Below are positions 30,618-40,987 of a stretch of DNA of 64,000 nucleotides, piece by piece. The translations under genes and the position numbers were made by a program. Position 1 is the stretch's first letter. Each line of letters begins with the position of its first letter. Source of the stretch: Candidatus Poribacteria bacterium. GTDB taxonomy: Bacteria > Poribacteria > WGA-4E > UBA9662. The DNA lies in contig JAYGDX010000068.1 in the NCBI GenBank assembly GCA_046582655.1, positions 64,001 through 128,000 of the forward strand. The letters run 5' to 3'. Under the pieces are notes generated by a model. It did no database searches. It was not told the DNA's origin and worked only from the letters and a program-made list of their open reading frames with translations.

Positions 30618-31862
30618 CTACTTGCCAAGAAGATCTAATAGGGCATTTGTTGTTATAGAACCGATCTGTGACCCAATCGACATGGATTTCTCGTACTCGT
30701 AAAGTTCCTTCTCATAATCCTCAGTAGCCAAGATATAACCAAGTTCATCATTAGCCAGCCCCAAAATGAAGTTGTAATCCGTTGTCATGCTGTTCTTAAT
30801 GCGAAAACCGAGTTTGGGTAAGACCTCACCGGGAAAGGTTGCAATCTGGGCATTCCCGATCTCAATTAGATGAACTTCGGTATGGATATTGCCGTTTACA
30901 GGCATTTCTTTCGGCAAGATACCCAAGTTCATAAGTGCTTGAAATTGTTGGTTTTCGAGGGGGATTTCAAGTGTTTTAAATGAGTGTTGGATTTTGGGAT
31001 TAACCTGCTTTTCGGCCGACTCAGCTGCTTCAACCGCTTTTTGGGCGACGATCCCACCAATTCGTTCAACTTCCTCAAAAGTGTTAAACTGATTGTTGGT
31101 TGTGATCATTCCTCCTAGGGCACCATTAATAAAAAGTGTTATTCCACCGATTTTTTCATCACATTCACGGTAAACGACACCTGGATATTCTGCTGTCAGC
31201 AACAGGCTGTCAGACCACATAATTTCAGGGTGTGCAGTAAAGTTTACCATTGTAGCTATCGTTTCTCCGTTGGTGCGGTCGACCTTGATTACTCCAAGTT
31301 CGCGATCGATTAAATCCGGTTCTCGTACATTTCGTGATACCCGATCTGATTCTTCTATTTGCGATGCTCCAAACGAGATTTCAGCAAGTTCGAGATTCTC
31401 GCTTGCGTCTTTAATAGCGGAAGCAATCTGGTTATAGAGAAAATCCGTGTAGTCTGGATCCACGCCAGAGTGGGATTCGCTCTCTCCCCAGAGCCCAATT
31501 GTGTCGGGACCAGAATGCTGATGTGTTGAGGTAATAATCACATTTTCAGCCGAGGATCCAATCAACGTGGCCCGATTTCGAATCTCAGCAATAGCAGAAG
31601 ACGTTAGGCCAATCAAGTCGGTAGATACAAATCCAACCCGTGTTTGGCCATCATCAAGAATCAGGCATCGTGCAAAAAGATCGTCATGAACGCCCTGACT
31701 CAAGCGATTGTTCCGCAATCCGGCAAGATAAGCGGAACTTTGAGGTGTAATAATTCGGCTGCTTGCCCCCGCTTGAAGCAACGCGGATGAACTCTGTGTA
31801 TTCAATAAAACTAAAGCGATCATAAGTGATGCAATGAATCCAGTTTGAGTCATTAATCCCAC
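30618..31862 (-). CDS. Neutral/alkaline ceramidase N-terminal-domain family hydrolase, secreted
   Basis: Signal peptide; GVHDDLFARCL, STHQHSGPD, NFTAHPE and GLANDELGY motifs. Confidence 0.8.
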   Translation of the reverse strand: MGLMTQTGFIASLMIALVLLNTQSSSALLQAGASSRIITPQSSAYLAGLRNNRLSQGVHDDLFARCLILDDGQTRVGFVSTDLIGLTSSAIAEIRNRATLIGSSAENVIITSTHQHSGPDTIGLWGESESHSGVDPDYTDFLYNQIASAIKDASENLELAEISFGASQIEESDRVSRNVREPDLIDRELGVIKVDRTNGETIATMVNFTAHPEIMWSDSLLLTAEYPGVVYRECDEKIGGITLFINGALGGMITTNNQFNTFEEVERIGGIVAQKAVEAAESAEKQVNPKIQHSFKTLEIPLENQQFQALMNLGILPKEMPVNGNIHTEVHLIEIGNAQIATFPGEVLPKLGFRIKNSMTTDYNFILGLANDELGYILATEDYEKELYEYEKSMSIGSQIGSITTNALLDLLGK

Positions 31863-31910
31863 CTTTGAGATTTAGATCTGTATCAACAATTCTGGAAGAA
31901 ACTTATGGAT

Positions 31911-32891
31911 TTAAGATGTTGTCCTTCTCCGCGAAATTAGACCGTAAAGTCCAACTGGCAAACAGTAAATGAGTATAATAATATGCAAGCTGAATGCAGT
32001 AACAAACGCAACTTCTTTTGTGGTTCCAAAGTGAATCAGCGCCCAGGAAAACGGGGCTTCGATTGTACCAAAATTCCCAATACTCTGGATTGGTAACAGA
32101 TTAAAAATATTTGTGAACACCAGAGCAAAGATCAGGTTTATTACTGGAACCTTCACTCCCATTTCAACAATTAAGTAGATCTGAAATCCAAAGCGGATAA
32201 CCACGTTGACAATCGAGTACACCCAAGTCAGCAAAAAATGTCGATCCAAGCCAGTTGAAAGTAGTTCCTGCATGACTGCCAGAATCTTTTCAACTATCCA
32301 TTGAATTGGGCGGAAATTGGAACCTTGAAACCAATTCTTAACAGTTTCGATTAAACGAGTTAATGCCTTCCGAGCAAAAAGTGCTGATCCGATCACGCTA
32401 AGCAGTCCGAGGCCAAATAAAATTGGCACGACAAGAAGCCCAAAATATGAAAATCCCGCCAAATCTGATTTTAGCAGAAGACTTGTCATGATCATTAATC
32501 CAATTAGCAATGTCAAGTCAATTATGCTAGCTAACATTAGCGAAGCCAGACTTTTTGTTTCCATGACCTGCTCTCGTGATTTCATCAGGAAGATGTACGA
32601 CAAGTCCCCACTTCGGAAGGGTAAGATATTTCCCCAAAACGTGTGAAGTGCGAATATGGGTAAGAGCTTAAGAATTGACCGGTCAATGGCGAGCAACTGG
32701 CGAAACCGGATCGTCTTTGCCAAAATAAAAATGCAGTAGAGAACGAATCCAATCAATAGCGTTGAAGGAGGCATCCTTCTGATTGTCTCTGGTATCCGTC
32801 CAATTTCAATTTGGCGTAAGAGCACGAAGCTAACGCAGATAGCAACTAATAATGCTATCACAAATCTAAAGACTTGAGATCGCGGAATCAC
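31911..32891 (-). CDS. Lysylphosphatidylglycerol-synthase TM domain (UPF0104) flippase-like membrane protein
   Basis: Multi-pass membrane protein with NILPFRSGD and LPIQSIGNFGTIE motifs. Confidence 0.8.
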   Translation of the reverse strand: MIPRSQVFRFVIALLVAICVSFVLLRQIEIGRIPETIRRMPPSTLLIGFVLYCIFILAKTIRFRQLLAIDRSILKLLPIFALHTFWGNILPFRSGDLSYIFLMKSREQVMETKSLASLMLASIIDLTLLIGLMIMTSLLLKSDLAGFSYFGLLVVPILFGLGLLSVIGSALFARKALTRLIETVKNWFQGSNFRPIQWIVEKILAVMQELLSTGLDRHFLLTWVYSIVNVVIRFGFQIYLIVEMGVKVPVINLIFALVFTNIFNLLPIQSIGNFGTIEAPFSWALIHFGTTKEVAFVTAFSLHIIILIYCLPVGLYGLISRRRTTS

Positions 32892-32940
32892 AAGATCAGA
32901 TTATATCATGGATTGCGGGATCTTCAACCCCAATTCCACA

Positions 32941-32969
32941 TTGACATGAACACCCTATTCTGCTATGCT
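32941..32969 (+). promoter_or_regulatory. Putative sigma70 promoter of mutS
   Basis: TTGACA-N17-TATGCT with extended -10 TG. Confidence 0.6.
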
Positions 32970-33002
32970 ATCCAGATATCTGACAATGGGAGAAAATGAG
33001 CG

Positions 33003-35681
33003 TTGGGAGCGAAAAAAAAGTCCGGTTTGATGCAGCAATATAATCGTGTTAAAAACCAATACTCAGACACGATTGTTCTATGCCGCGTCGGTGATTTTTA
33101 TGAAGCATTTGGCGAGGACGCTGAGACAATTTCGAGGGTATTAGAAATTGCCCTCACCGCTAGAGATAAGAATACCGCAGGTACCCCTATCCCTATGGCT
33201 GGAGTGCCATATCATTCTCTGGATTCGTACCTTTATAAGCTCGTAAAAGAGGGACACAAGGTCGCGATCGTTGAACAGATGGAGGATGCCAAACAGGCCA
33301 CAGGGCTTGTCAAACGGGACGTTGTTCGTGTAGTTACACCAGGAACAGTGACAGATTCAAACGCACTGGATCAAAAATCTAACAATTACCTGATTTCTGC
33401 TCACCAAATCGGGGACACCTATGGTCTTGCTTCGGTTGATGTTTCAACGGGGGAATTTGCAGTTACGGAATTAGAGGAACTATCAGATCTCTGGTCGGAA
33501 GTTAACCGGATTGGACCAGCGGAATGTCTCTTTTCTGAAGATTTTGAGAATCAGGAGATTTTGGATCAAATTAACATCGAATTCAAGGCGACAATTAACT
33601 ATCTTCCTGACTGGCGTTTCGATCACCAATCAGCTCGGTCTGAATTACTCGATCATTTTAGCATTCTCTCACTTGATGGATTTGGATGCGAGAATATGTC
33701 AGCAGCAACGTGTGCCGCCGGAGCATTGATCTACTACCTGCATGAAACGCAAAAACAGGAGGTACAGCACATTCAGTCGCTTCGCACCTACACCACCCAT
33801 AGCTTCGTGGTCTTGGATGCGGACACTCTGCGAAATCTTGAATTGACACAATCAATGCGAGATGGCTCATCGAAAGGGACCCTGTTGGAAATGCTGGATC
33901 AGACCATGACTTCGATGGGGGCACGTTGCCTGAAACAATGGCTACTCCAGCCACATCTGAAAACAGATTCAATTAATCAAAGGCTTGAGGCCGTCGACGA
34001 GCTAAAGAGTCGGATTTCGCTGCAGGAAGAACTGCGTGAAGCATTAAGACAGATGTATGATATCCAACGTTTAATCTCCCGTATCAGCCTGGGGACTGCA
34101 AACGCGCGCGAAGTGCTGGCATTGAAAGATTCTCTGAGACTTATTCCTTCAGTCAAACTACAACTTGAAGACTGTTCCGCCCCGTTTTTGATAGATCTGA
34201 ATCAACAACTTGATCCGATGACGGATCTGGCTGACCTGATTGATAATGCGATTCACCCGGAACCGCCAGTAACTATTCAGGAAGGAAATATCATACGCGA
34301 TGGTTACAGTGAGGAACTTGATGGTCTAAGAGAAATCACACTATCTGGAAAGGATTGGATAGCTGAATTGCAACAAGCTGAACGCGAGCGCACAGGCATC
34401 GGTTCGTTGAAAATTGGGTATAATCAAGTTTTCGGCTACTATATTGACGTAACCAAACCCAACCTCAATCTTGTACCTGATCACTATATTCGCAAACAAA
34501 CGCTAACCAATTCTGAAAGATTCATTACGCCGGATTTGAAAGAGCGTGAGTCACAAATCCTGAATGCGGAAGAACGGATTCATCAGCTTGAATACGATCT
34601 CTTTTGTGATATACGAAACCAGATTTCGAGTCGGACCAATTGTATACAACGAATCGCGTCTGCCATATCGATGGTCGATGTGATCGCTAATTTCGCCTAC
34701 ATTGCTTCAAAATATGACTACTCAAAGCCAATTATCAATGATAGCAGTGATTTAATCATCGAAAACGGCCGCCATGCCGTGGTAGAGCAATTGTTTACCG
34801 GGGAGGGGTTTGTACCCAACAACACAGAACTCAATTGTACCGATCAGCAGATGCATATCATTACCGGTCCAAACATGAGTGGTAAATCGACTTATCTCCG
34901 CCAAACAGCGCTGATTGTATTGCTGGCTCAAATAGGATGTTTTGTGCCAGCATCGGCAGCCAAGATTGGTGTGGTCGATAGGATCTTTACGCGTGTTGGT
35001 GCGTCGGATAATCTCGTTATGGGACAAAGCACATTCTTAGTTGAAATGAATGAAACTGCAAATATTCTTAACAATGCGACATCCAAAAGTTTGATTATTC
35101 TTGACGAGATCGGCCGTGGGACCAGCACATTCGATGGATTAAGTATTGCTTGGGCTGTTGCGGAATATATTCTTGATGACAAAAAGATTGGAGCCAAAAC
35201 CTTATTTGCCACGCATTATCATGAATTAATTGAGCTTGCCGGCAAATATAAGAATGTCAAAAATTATAATGTTGCTGTACATGAAGACGGCGAAAAAATC
35301 ACGTTTCTGCGCAAAGTAGTTGGGGGCGGTACCGATCAAAGTTATGGAATTCATGTGGCACGACTTGCCGGGTTACCACAGATAGTCATTGATCGGGCTA
35401 ACCAGATCTTGGCTATACTCGAACAACATAACCTTTCTATAGAAAGCAACCAGGCAGACGACGCTTCTGAACCACCAACCAACCTAACAACAAGCGGGAT
35501 GCCGCGCAAACGAAAGCGAATTTCACGAAAGACCTTTCAAGATGACTCCCTCCAGATGGCGCTATTCACACCTAAAACGCATCCAATCGTTGAAGAACTC
35601 CAGAATCTTGATCTAAATCAACTGACACCGATGGAAGCACTAAATTTGATCTACCAGCTGAAAGCAAGGGCCGTAAGCTAA
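33003..35681 (+). CDS. mutS: DNA mismatch repair protein MutS
   Basis: GDFYEAF, MAGVPYH, TGPNMSGKSTYLRQ, DEIGRGTST and SYGIHVARLAG motifs. Confidence 0.98.
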   Translation: MGAKKKSGLMQQYNRVKNQYSDTIVLCRVGDFYEAFGEDAETISRVLEIALTARDKNTAGTPIPMAGVPYHSLDSYLYKLVKEGHKVAIVEQMEDAKQATGLVKRDVVRVVTPGTVTDSNALDQKSNNYLISAHQIGDTYGLASVDVSTGEFAVTELEELSDLWSEVNRIGPAECLFSEDFENQEILDQINIEFKATINYLPDWRFDHQSARSELLDHFSILSLDGFGCENMSAATCAAGALIYYLHETQKQEVQHIQSLRTYTTHSFVVLDADTLRNLELTQSMRDGSSKGTLLEMLDQTMTSMGARCLKQWLLQPHLKTDSINQRLEAVDELKSRISLQEELREALRQMYDIQRLISRISLGTANAREVLALKDSLRLIPSVKLQLEDCSAPFLIDLNQQLDPMTDLADLIDNAIHPEPPVTIQEGNIIRDGYSEELDGLREITLSGKDWIAELQQAERERTGIGSLKIGYNQVFGYYIDVTKPNLNLVPDHYIRKQTLTNSERFITPDLKERESQILNAEERIHQLEYDLFCDIRNQISSRTNCIQRIASAISMVDVIANFAYIASKYDYSKPIINDSSDLIIENGRHAVVEQLFTGEGFVPNNTELNCTDQQMHIITGPNMSGKSTYLRQTALIVLLAQIGCFVPASAAKIGVVDRIFTRVGASDNLVMGQSTFLVEMNETANILNNATSKSLIILDEIGRGTSTFDGLSIAWAVAEYILDDKKIGAKTLFATHYHELIELAGKYKNVKNYNVAVHEDGEKITFLRKVVGGGTDQSYGIHVARLAGLPQIVIDRANQILAILEQHNLSIESNQADDASEPPTNLTTSGMPRKRKRISRKTFQDDSLQMALFTPKTHPIVEELQNLDLNQLTPMEALNLIYQLKARAVS

Positions 35682-35747
35682 TTCTCAATCAAACAATTAA
35701 CAAATATTGAGGCTGTTTTCGAGCAGACTGATCAGTAGGACTTTTCT

Positions 35748-35777
35748 TTGACAGTTTATATAAATCAATGATAAGAT
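35748..35777 (+). promoter_or_regulatory. Putative sigma70 promoter of the crystallin-flotillin operon
   Basis: TTGACA-N18-TAAGAT with TG extended -10. Confidence 0.55.
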
Positions 35778-35829
35778 ACCTCGGCTAAGTCCATTCTAAA
35801 AAAACAGGAAAACTTTGTGAGGAAGTAGG

Positions 35830-37215
35830 ATGCCAGTTGTTATACCACGTCTCATCGTTGAGGTTTTCGAACACCCTAATTTTGGTGGTAGAAGAGGGTA
35901 TATCTTCGAGCCGGTCAGTTTTACGGCTGACATCGGGTTTCAAGACAACATTTCTTCGGTGAAGATCTACAAAGGACCTAATTTTAAATCCAATCCAAAT
36001 TATAAGGCTATTCTCCACGAGCACTGGCATTTTCAAGGACGGAAACTTGTACTGGGTCCAGGCTTCTATCCTAATCTTCATGATATGATTTATAACTTTA
36101 CAGATAATATTTCATCAATCAATTTTGGATCCGTCTTGGAAACGGCTGGACCTGAGTGGGGAACGGTGCCGCTAATTGTCGAGTGTTATGAACACGCAGA
36201 GTTTCAAGGACGAAAGATAACCATCTTGCGTGATATTGCGCACACAGGGAACCTAGGTTTGCATGATATGATCTCTTCTGTTCGTATCTTCAAGGGACCG
36301 GACTTCCCGCGTGAGGGAGCGAATGTCGCGTTTTTTGAACATGTCGATTTTGAAGGCGCCCAGTTTTCGATAAGAATGGAGCCCATGGATTATAAGAAAG
36401 AAATACCAAATTTCGCCTTTCTCCCAGGTCGTTTCAATGATGTTGTATCTTCTATCAAAATAGAGGGCTGGTCATCGTCATCTGAGTTTAACGAAATTGT
36501 GTTTGAGGACGAATTTATTGGTAATGATATGCGGCCGGAGTGGAGATGGGAAGATCCCGGTGGTGGTGGAGCTTGGTCGGAGCGTCAAGGGTACTTGGAG
36601 ATGCGTGCTGATCCGGGACAGGATCTCTGGCATGGTAGTCCTCCGGGTAGCGGTGGAAACATGGAAGCACCTCGCTTGTTGATGGATGCATCAGGCGACT
36701 TTGCCATTGAGTGTCGGCTCCGCGTGTCTCCAGATTTGAAGGAGCATGGTGGGCTTATTGTCTGGAAAGGTCCGCATTCGTTTGTTAGACTCGAGAAAAC
36801 TTCGGGCCCGCATGGTTTTAGAGGCGACGTTAGATTTGAAAGACACGTTAATCGTGTCTATTCCTTGGTTGGGCGAGGAGCTGGTTTGGTTAACGTTAGG
36901 GAACTCTATCTCAAACTTGAAAGACGCGGCAACCAGTTCTTAGGTTATGCTAGTCCTGACGGTACCCGTTGGTTGAGTTGCGGACAAACAAACGTTGGTA
37001 TGGGAGATCCCGTTCACGTCGGTTTGCATACTCTCTGTCCAGGTAATATTCCGCCAACTCTCACGCGTTTTGAGTATTTCCGGCTATTTAAGCGAAGAGG
37101 TGAAGCGATTAAATATGGCCTAAGAACGGCTCTGGACGCTCGTCAGATGACCGATCACGAAAGAGAAAGACTAGATCAGCGACAAAGAGCACGCGCAATG
37201 CGTGACCTGGTTTAG
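35830..37215 (+). CDS. Beta-gamma-crystallin protein (4 Greek keys) fused to a DUF1349/GH43-C-terminal ConA-like domain
   Basis: Four [FYH]EHxxFxG hairpins paired with QDNISS, TDNISS, HDMISS and NDVVSS. C-terminal half has FEDEF...WRW, APRLL...GDF and GGLIVW. No signal peptide. Confidence 0.82.
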   Translation: MPVVIPRLIVEVFEHPNFGGRRGYIFEPVSFTADIGFQDNISSVKIYKGPNFKSNPNYKAILHEHWHFQGRKLVLGPGFYPNLHDMIYNFTDNISSINFGSVLETAGPEWGTVPLIVECYEHAEFQGRKITILRDIAHTGNLGLHDMISSVRIFKGPDFPREGANVAFFEHVDFEGAQFSIRMEPMDYKKEIPNFAFLPGRFNDVVSSIKIEGWSSSSEFNEIVFEDEFIGNDMRPEWRWEDPGGGGAWSERQGYLEMRADPGQDLWHGSPPGSGGNMEAPRLLMDASGDFAIECRLRVSPDLKEHGGLIVWKGPHSFVRLEKTSGPHGFRGDVRFERHVNRVYSLVGRGAGLVNVRELYLKLERRGNQFLGYASPDGTRWLSCGQTNVGMGDPVHVGLHTLCPGNIPPTLTRFEYFRLFKRRGEAIKYGLRTALDARQMTDHERERLDQRQRARAMRDLV

Positions 37216-37239
37216 GGCTATTAGGCTGAGGGAATTATT

Positions 37240-38679
37240 ATGGCATTAGCACCTCGATTGGTTGTTGAGGTCTTTGAGCATGTCAACTACCAAGGACGCA
37301 AGGTAACGGTCATTGATTCTGTTGTAAATACGGAGGAAATAGGGGTTCAGGATATTATTTCCTCCATTAAGATTTACAAGGGACCGGGTTTTAGAGCCTC
37401 GCCGAATTACAAGGCGATATTTCATGAGCATGCTAATCATCAGGGGAGAAAACTCATCCTGGCGCCTGGCTATTATCCGAGCATCCACGAAATCCCATAC
37501 AATTTTGGCGATGTCATTTCGTCAATCAGTTTTACTCCTGCCGCTAATCCTACACCGCCGGAATATGGTGCTATACCGCTTGTTGTCCAAGTTTATCGTG
37601 ATATCGATTTTCACGGTAAAAGGGGAGTGATTATGCGGGATGTAAGTGATTTTCGCGAGATTGGGCTGGACAATTCAGTCTCTTCGATTCAAATACAGCG
37701 TGGTCCAAATTTTCCTTTTGGCGGCTGTCGTGCGATTTTCTACCAGCAACCCAATTTTGAGGGCCAGCGTTTGACCGTCCCGTTGGGGCCAAGAGAATTC
37801 CAAGTTAGGCTTCGAAATTTGCACGATGCTAGAAGTTTGCATAACGCGGCTCAACCTTTTTCAAACATAGTCTCCTCCGTCAAAGTAGTTCCTGTTGGTT
37901 CCTTCCGTGTTCTTGTTGTTGTTGCTGATAATCGTACAAATGAACCTGCCGTTCTGGAGTCGCTGGTCGATATGGAAGGTCACGAATTTGAGTACACGAT
38001 TGTTAACATCAACCCAAACCCTGATAATTATGGGGATTCTAATAACGCCACTAAACTTTCCAGCGTTATACTTTCTGAGTATGATATTGTTTGGTTTACT
38101 TGGAATGGCCCGGCGCACGATCGTGAGTATTTTGTTGAGGACTCAGATCACGCAATTCGTGAGTTCGTTAGGCAAGGAGGAATCGTTTGGGCATCAGCGA
38201 TGGATGACAATATTGTGCCGCCTGACGGGGTCCATACACACGAATCCAGCTGGCGCGGTGACTGGTTACCAGTCGATCAGTATCCAATCCGTGTGGTGAA
38301 TGCGGGGGATGTCAAAGCTAACGTCACGCGTGAAGGACATCAAACTGGTTTATTCGCTTGGCCTCACAAGATAGATGTGAATGCTTTGGTGCTAGATGAT
38401 CATTGGGTTACCGAAGAGCCCGAGTATGTTAGGCTTGCAGTCCATGGTGATGATAATAATGCCCCCATAGGATTTCAACTCCGCTATGGAGATGGATATT
38501 ATGTTGCTTTTGCAATTGACACTCGCGATGCGATGAAAACAGCAATGGCAAAGACACTAATTGAAAATGCTCTCTGTTACTTGGCAAACCTGGCTTGGCA
38601 AACTTCGCCTCGTCAACCGTTGAAAGGACGATCCCGCTCAATGCCGAGTTCTAGGGCTTGGCGTTCGGTCATGAGATGA
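37240..38679 (+). CDS. Beta-gamma-crystallin protein (4 Greek keys) fused to a class-I-GATase-like/ThuA-like alpha/beta domain
   Basis: Four Greek-key motifs (QDIISS, GDVISS, DNSVSS, SNIVSS); C-terminal LSEYDIVWF and IREFVRQGGIVW. No signal peptide. Confidence 0.78.
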   Translation: MALAPRLVVEVFEHVNYQGRKVTVIDSVVNTEEIGVQDIISSIKIYKGPGFRASPNYKAIFHEHANHQGRKLILAPGYYPSIHEIPYNFGDVISSISFTPAANPTPPEYGAIPLVVQVYRDIDFHGKRGVIMRDVSDFREIGLDNSVSSIQIQRGPNFPFGGCRAIFYQQPNFEGQRLTVPLGPREFQVRLRNLHDARSLHNAAQPFSNIVSSVKVVPVGSFRVLVVVADNRTNEPAVLESLVDMEGHEFEYTIVNINPNPDNYGDSNNATKLSSVILSEYDIVWFTWNGPAHDREYFVEDSDHAIREFVRQGGIVWASAMDDNIVPPDGVHTHESSWRGDWLPVDQYPIRVVNAGDVKANVTREGHQTGLFAWPHKIDVNALVLDDHWVTEEPEYVRLAVHGDDNNAPIGFQLRYGDGYYVAFAIDTRDAMKTAMAKTLIENALCYLANLAWQTSPRQPLKGRSRSMPSSRAWRSVMR

Positions 38680-38705
38680 TAGGAAAGAAGTATCAGGAGA
38701 AATAA

Positions 38706-40976
38706 ATGCGCTTAATAGCTCTTATTCTAATTCTTATTGCAGTGGCAGGATTTGTTGGCTTTTTTGCCTTACAGCAATTCACCAATGCTTTATTTATTTC
38801 ATTGGCTATCGCGTTTTCTATTAGCATTGCATTTATTGCCTCTGTTATCCGCTACAAAAAACCTAAGGCCGATGTGGCCTTGGTTAGAACTGGGGGACGC
38901 GGATTTAAGATCAATATTACTGGCGGGCTATGGTTGAACACCATTATCCACGAAGTTAGGGAAGTCTCACTCAACACCATGCGACTTGAGATACTTCGTG
39001 AAGGACAAGATGCTTTTATTACCGCTGATTTCAACCGTGCGGATGTTGAGGCTGTTTTCTATATTCAGGTTCAGCCGTTGGAGGACGATATTTTACGGGC
39101 TGCTCAATCTCTTGGTGATAAGAATATGACGCCAGAAACGATTCGGGAGTTGATTGAACAGAAGCTTGAAGGTGCTTTGAGAAGTGTTGCGGCTGAGAGT
39201 GGAATTGAGGAGTTATTGCAGAGAAGAGAAGAATTTGCTGACAAAGTCCAAGAAGCAGTTGGTGTTAACTTGCAGATGGAGAATGGGCTTAAGCTTGAAT
39301 CGGTGTCTATTATCCGAGTTGACCAAACGCCGATTGTTTCATTGGATATGGAGAACCGTTTTGATGCAATTGGTATCCGGACAATTACTGAGATTACCGC
39401 AGATCAAGCTCGTGAGAAGGAAAGAATCGTTCAGGAAAAAGAGGTAGCTATCGTTCAAATTGATGTTGAAGCAAATATTCTCAAGCTAGAAGCTGATCAG
39501 TCGCAAGCATGGGCTGAATCCGACCAGCAGAAGAATATAGCCATTTACGCCGCCGAGCGTGAGGCAGACACACTCCAATTTCAGTTTGAGATGGAGCAGG
39601 GTGTTCAAGAGCGTGAATACTTGATGAAGCAAGAAGTCGAAAAGGCAAGAGTTGCACAAGATCAGGCTATTCAGGAGCGAGAGATCGAAGCTACGCAGAT
39701 GGTTGAAACGGCTAAGATAGAGCAGGAACAAGTGGTGGCTGAACGCGAAATTGAAAAGAACTTGGTTGTTGAAACAAAACAAATTGAGCAGACCAGAAAG
39801 GTTCAAATTACCGAGCTTGAAGCTAATCTAGCCGTCTCCATGGAACGTATCGAAATGGAACAGCAAGTTGAAGTTCGTGATCAGGAGAAACTGCTGGAGA
39901 TCGAACGAGCTAAGCTTGCGATGGAAGAGGGTGTTAGTCTTAGAGATGTCGAAAAGACACTGGTGGTCGAAACAGCCAAGATTGCCCAGGAACAGCAGGT
40001 ACAGCAGCGGGATATTGAGAAGAACTTGGTAATTGAAACGGCACAGATTGGTCAGGAACGTCAAGTGTCATTGACAGAGATTGAAAAGATGCAAACGGTG
40101 GATGTAGCCAAACTGTCACAGGAACAGGTAGTTGGTATTCGTGAGCAAGGGAAACTGCTGGAGGTCGAACGAGCCAAGCTCACTATGGAAGAGGGTGTTG
40201 GTCTTAGAGATGTCGAAAAGACACTGGTGGTCGAGACAGCCAAGATTGGTCAGGAACAGCAGGTGCAGCAGCGGGATATTGAGAAGAACCTGGTGGTTGA
40301 AACGACACAGATTGGTCAAGGTCGGCAGGTTGAATTGACAGAGATTGAAAAGATCCTTACCGTCGAGCAATCTCGAATTGATCAGGAACTGGTTGTTCAG
40401 CTCAAAGACGAGGATCGAAAGATTGATGTTGCGAATAGGCAGGTTACAACAGCTACAGCTGAGAAAGGACAACTACTTGCTGAAGCAGGACGCGCAGAAG
40501 CACAAGTTGAAGTCATAGCTGCCCAACGGGTCAGAGAAGCAGAATGGCAGCGTGATATAGCCATCCTTGGTGGAGAAGCTCAAGCCCAACCGATCGAACG
40601 TTTGGCAGATGCTGTTCTGGCCGAAGCACGCGCAAAAGCTACAGGGGAGATGGTGCATTTGGAAGCACGAAATGTGGCTGAACAGCGTGTTCTTGTTCAA
40701 GAAGCGTTACTAGAACTCATCGAGGTCTCACCTGAATTGGTAGAGAGGTTGATGAAACCTGTCGAGAAAATTGATTCCATCAAGATCCTCGACATGGGTG
40801 GTTCGGATGGCAAGGGTAGTAGCAAAATGGGAAAGTTGGCCAGCAACATCCTTGATACGGGAACGATTTCTCCGATGCTGAAGGAACTTTTTGACTTCGC
40901 TGACGTAGATGCTAAGCAGATTGCAGATAAAATTGGTGAATATTTACAGGGATTAGCAGGACGTCAAAATAGTTAG
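38706..40976 (+). CDS. Flotillin-family SPFH protein (YqiK/FloT-like) with an expanded coiled-coil
   Basis: Two N-terminal hydrophobic helices; ALVRTG, EVSLNTMRLE, KLEGALRSVAA and GLKLESVSI (SPFH domain); C-terminal KPVEKIDSIKILD. Confidence 0.9.
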   Translation: MRLIALILILIAVAGFVGFFALQQFTNALFISLAIAFSISIAFIASVIRYKKPKADVALVRTGGRGFKINITGGLWLNTIIHEVREVSLNTMRLEILREGQDAFITADFNRADVEAVFYIQVQPLEDDILRAAQSLGDKNMTPETIRELIEQKLEGALRSVAAESGIEELLQRREEFADKVQEAVGVNLQMENGLKLESVSIIRVDQTPIVSLDMENRFDAIGIRTITEITADQAREKERIVQEKEVAIVQIDVEANILKLEADQSQAWAESDQQKNIAIYAAEREADTLQFQFEMEQGVQEREYLMKQEVEKARVAQDQAIQEREIEATQMVETAKIEQEQVVAEREIEKNLVVETKQIEQTRKVQITELEANLAVSMERIEMEQQVEVRDQEKLLEIERAKLAMEEGVSLRDVEKTLVVETAKIAQEQQVQQRDIEKNLVIETAQIGQERQVSLTEIEKMQTVDVAKLSQEQVVGIREQGKLLEVERAKLTMEEGVGLRDVEKTLVVETAKIGQEQQVQQRDIEKNLVVETTQIGQGRQVELTEIEKILTVEQSRIDQELVVQLKDEDRKIDVANRQVTTATAEKGQLLAEAGRAEAQVEVIAAQRVREAEWQRDIAILGGEAQAQPIERLADAVLAEARAKATGEMVHLEARNVAEQRVLVQEALLELIEVSPELVERLMKPVEKIDSIKILDMGGSDGKGSSKMGKLASNILDTGTISPMLKELFDFADVDAKQIADKIGEYLQGLAGRQNS
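39684..40409 (+). repeat. Eleven tandem 66-bp (22-aa) coding repeats, including a recent 264-bp duplication
   Basis: Units such as IEKNLVVETKQIEQTRKVQITE and VEKTLVVETAKIAQEQQVQQRD. DNA starting at 39888 recurs, highly similar, at 40152. Confidence 0.85.
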
Positions 40977-40987
40977 ACTGGATTGAA

